NCBI GenBank assembly: GCA_001790445.1
Contig: MGCQ01000001.1
Coordinates: forward strand, 104,462-168,461
Direction of reading: 5' to 3'
Length of the DNA stretch: 64,000 nt
Source: Candidatus Saccharibacteria bacterium RIFCSPHIGHO2_12_FULL_41_12
Lineage (GTDB): Bacteria > Patescibacteriota > Saccharimonadia > Saccharimonadales > 2-12-FULL-41-12
The position numbers and the translations under genes are program-made. The notes below the pieces were generated by a model that was not told the origin of the DNA, searched no databases, and was given only the letters and a program-made list of their open reading frames with translations. Shown piece after piece: positions 62,555 to 64,000 of the stretch. Position 1 is the stretch's first letter. Each line of letters begins with the position of its first letter.

Positions 62555-64000
62555 ATGGACAAAGGACATCTAAAACAATTTACAAATAAAACGCAAAATC
62601 TTATATTCATCTCTTTTTTGTTTGTTGCTGGAATATCTATTTCGCTAATCATTGGTCTTGGCTACTACACCAATATTTCTTTTATAGCAATATTGGCTTT
62701 AGTAGTTGCAGTTGTGACAGTGACCAGTCTATTGCTCAGCATAAAATTAAATTCAATCACTACCAAACCACTTAGTCTAGTTGCAAATGCTATATACCAC
62801 CTTGAGCCTAACAACAACTTGACCACGCCGCCTAACTTAAAGCAAATAAACTTTGGTAGAGAACTGACTACAAATTTAGTCCGTCAAATATATGATCTAG
62901 CCAGCGCAAAAACAAGCTCTATCGCGCCAAACAAACAGACTGAACCAATCTTAGATTTAATAAAAATGCCAATAGTCGGTATCGATAGTGGTGGGGTCGT
63001 CATGTTAGCTAACTCCCAGGCAACACACCTATCAAACTCAGGAGAGTCAATTATAGGCAAAAAATTCAGCGAGGTATTCAACCTAGACGAATCCGACAAC
63101 AAAGTCACTGAATGGTTGAAGCAAACAGCGTCTAGTCATGTAATCGATAACAAATCCTGGTCACGTGTTGGTCTAACAGGCAAAAACAGCGGCGATTACC
63201 AATATTATGACCTTTCTGCAAGCTACAGCCAACACAGCGCCTCTGGAACCGACACGTTGCTGTGCTTTTTTGACCAGTCAGATAAATATTCAAAAGATGA
63301 TGATTCATTTAGCTTTATTGCTTTAGCGGTTCATGAGCTTCGCACACCATTGACCGTCTTAAGAGGTTACTCTGAAGTACTTGAAAAAGAAACAGCTAAT
63401 AACGAAAATATTAGCTCTTATGTCAAAAAAATGAGAGCTTCTGTTGACAGTCTGGCTTTTTTTGTCAGTAATATTTTAAATGTTGCACGCTTTGACAAAC
63501 AAGTTCTAAAATTAACGCTCAGCGAGACAGTGTGGCCAGAGCTATTAGAAAAAGTTGTTGCAGAAACAAAAATCCGGGCAGAGGTTTATGACAAAAAAAT
63601 CAATATTGAAATTGCCGATAATCTGCCCACTGTCGGTGCAGACCCCATAACAATAACAGAAGTTTTGGTTAACCTAATCGATAACGCTATAAAGTACAGC
63701 ACCAAAACCGACAGTGCTATCGATATTAGCGCACGGCTCAACGAAGAAGGAATGATAGAAACAACTGTCAAAGACTACGGGGAGGGAATCCCTGAATCTG
63801 TCATGCCTCATATTTTTGAAAAGTTTTCTAGAAATCACCGCAACAAAGTCCGCATAGCGGGGACTGGATTGGGACTGTACATCTGCAAAGCCATAGTTAG
63901 CGCTCATGATGGCACTATCTCCGCCAGAAGCACAGATGGCAAGGGAAGCGAACTATCATTTACCTTGCATCCATATAGCGCAGTGGCTAGCCAAAACACT
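62555..64000 (+). CDS. Sensor histidine kinase (partial, continues past the window end)
   Basis: Not in the ORF track because it has no stop. ATG at 62555, 2 TM helices and a PAS-like region. H-box AVHELRTPLTVLRGY, N-box LIDNAIKYS, G-boxes DYGEGIP and GTGLGLYICK. Confidence 0.85.
   Translation, partial: MDKGHLKQFTNKTQNLIFISFLFVAGISISLIIGLGYYTNISFIAILALVVAVVTVTSLLLSIKLNSITTKPLSLVANAIYHLEPNNNLTTPPNLKQINFGRELTTNLVRQIYDLASAKTSSIAPNKQTEPILDLIKMPIVGIDSGGVVMLANSQATHLSNSGESIIGKKFSEVFNLDESDNKVTEWLKQTASSHVIDNKSWSRVGLTGKNSGDYQYYDLSASYSQHSASGTDTLLCFFDQSDKYSKDDDSFSFIALAVHELRTPLTVLRGYSEVLEKETANNENISSYVKKMRASVDSLAFFVSNILNVARFDKQVLKLTLSETVWPELLEKVVAETKIRAEVYDKKINIEIADNLPTVGADPITITEVLVNLIDNAIKYSTKTDSAIDISARLNEEGMIETTVKDYGEGIPESVMPHIFEKFSRNHRNKVRIAGTGLGLYICKAIVSAHDGTISARSTDGKGSELSFTLHPYSAVASQNT

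Overview
Low-GC, gene-dense bacterial chromosome segment. Gene content suggests a reduced-genome Candidate Phyla Radiation / Saccharibacteria-like organism (inference only). The cues are a complete F1Fo operon, sortase with PKD/PEGA surface proteins, orphan enzymes from otherwise absent pathways, tRNAs with encoded CCA, and many promoters sitting directly on start codons. Housekeeping content: atpZ/I-B-E-F-H-A-G-D-C operon (8738-15433, minus), smpB, tsaC, pyrH, xth, gltX, mscL, malic enzyme, a UvrD-type helicase fused to a PD-(D/E)XK nuclease, two two-component sensor kinases, a Crp/Fnr regulator, an RND plus MacB-type ABC efflux cluster, and tRNA-Asn(GTT), tRNA-Ser(GGA) and tRNA-Leu(CAA). No rRNA, CRISPR array, integrase or transposase was seen. 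Main leads: (1) two diverged, inverted copies of a ~380-nt non-coding element (46874-47250 plus strand; 55172-55564 minus strand). They show block-wise conservation, several compensatory base-pair changes and a long internal loop-loop complementarity, so this is a candidate large structured RNA that I cannot assign to a known class. The pair brackets an ~8-kb accessory-looking segment. (2) Every tRNA gene in the window is accompanied by a tRNA-derived fragment carrying hairpin or ~60-nt insertions. At tRNA-Asn two such fragments flank a KaiC-like double ATPase plus a HAMP-only membrane protein. At tRNA-Leu a fragment, a GIY-YIG nuclease ORF and the intact tRNA are packed head to tail. Smaller observations are a 174-bp palindrome, a structured atpG-atpD spacer, a CsoR-type operator-like repeat, exported-protein ORFs lacking canonical starts, and an orphan class II DAHP synthase cluster. 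All calls come from reading the sequence and the ORF translations. No database search or folding computation was run.
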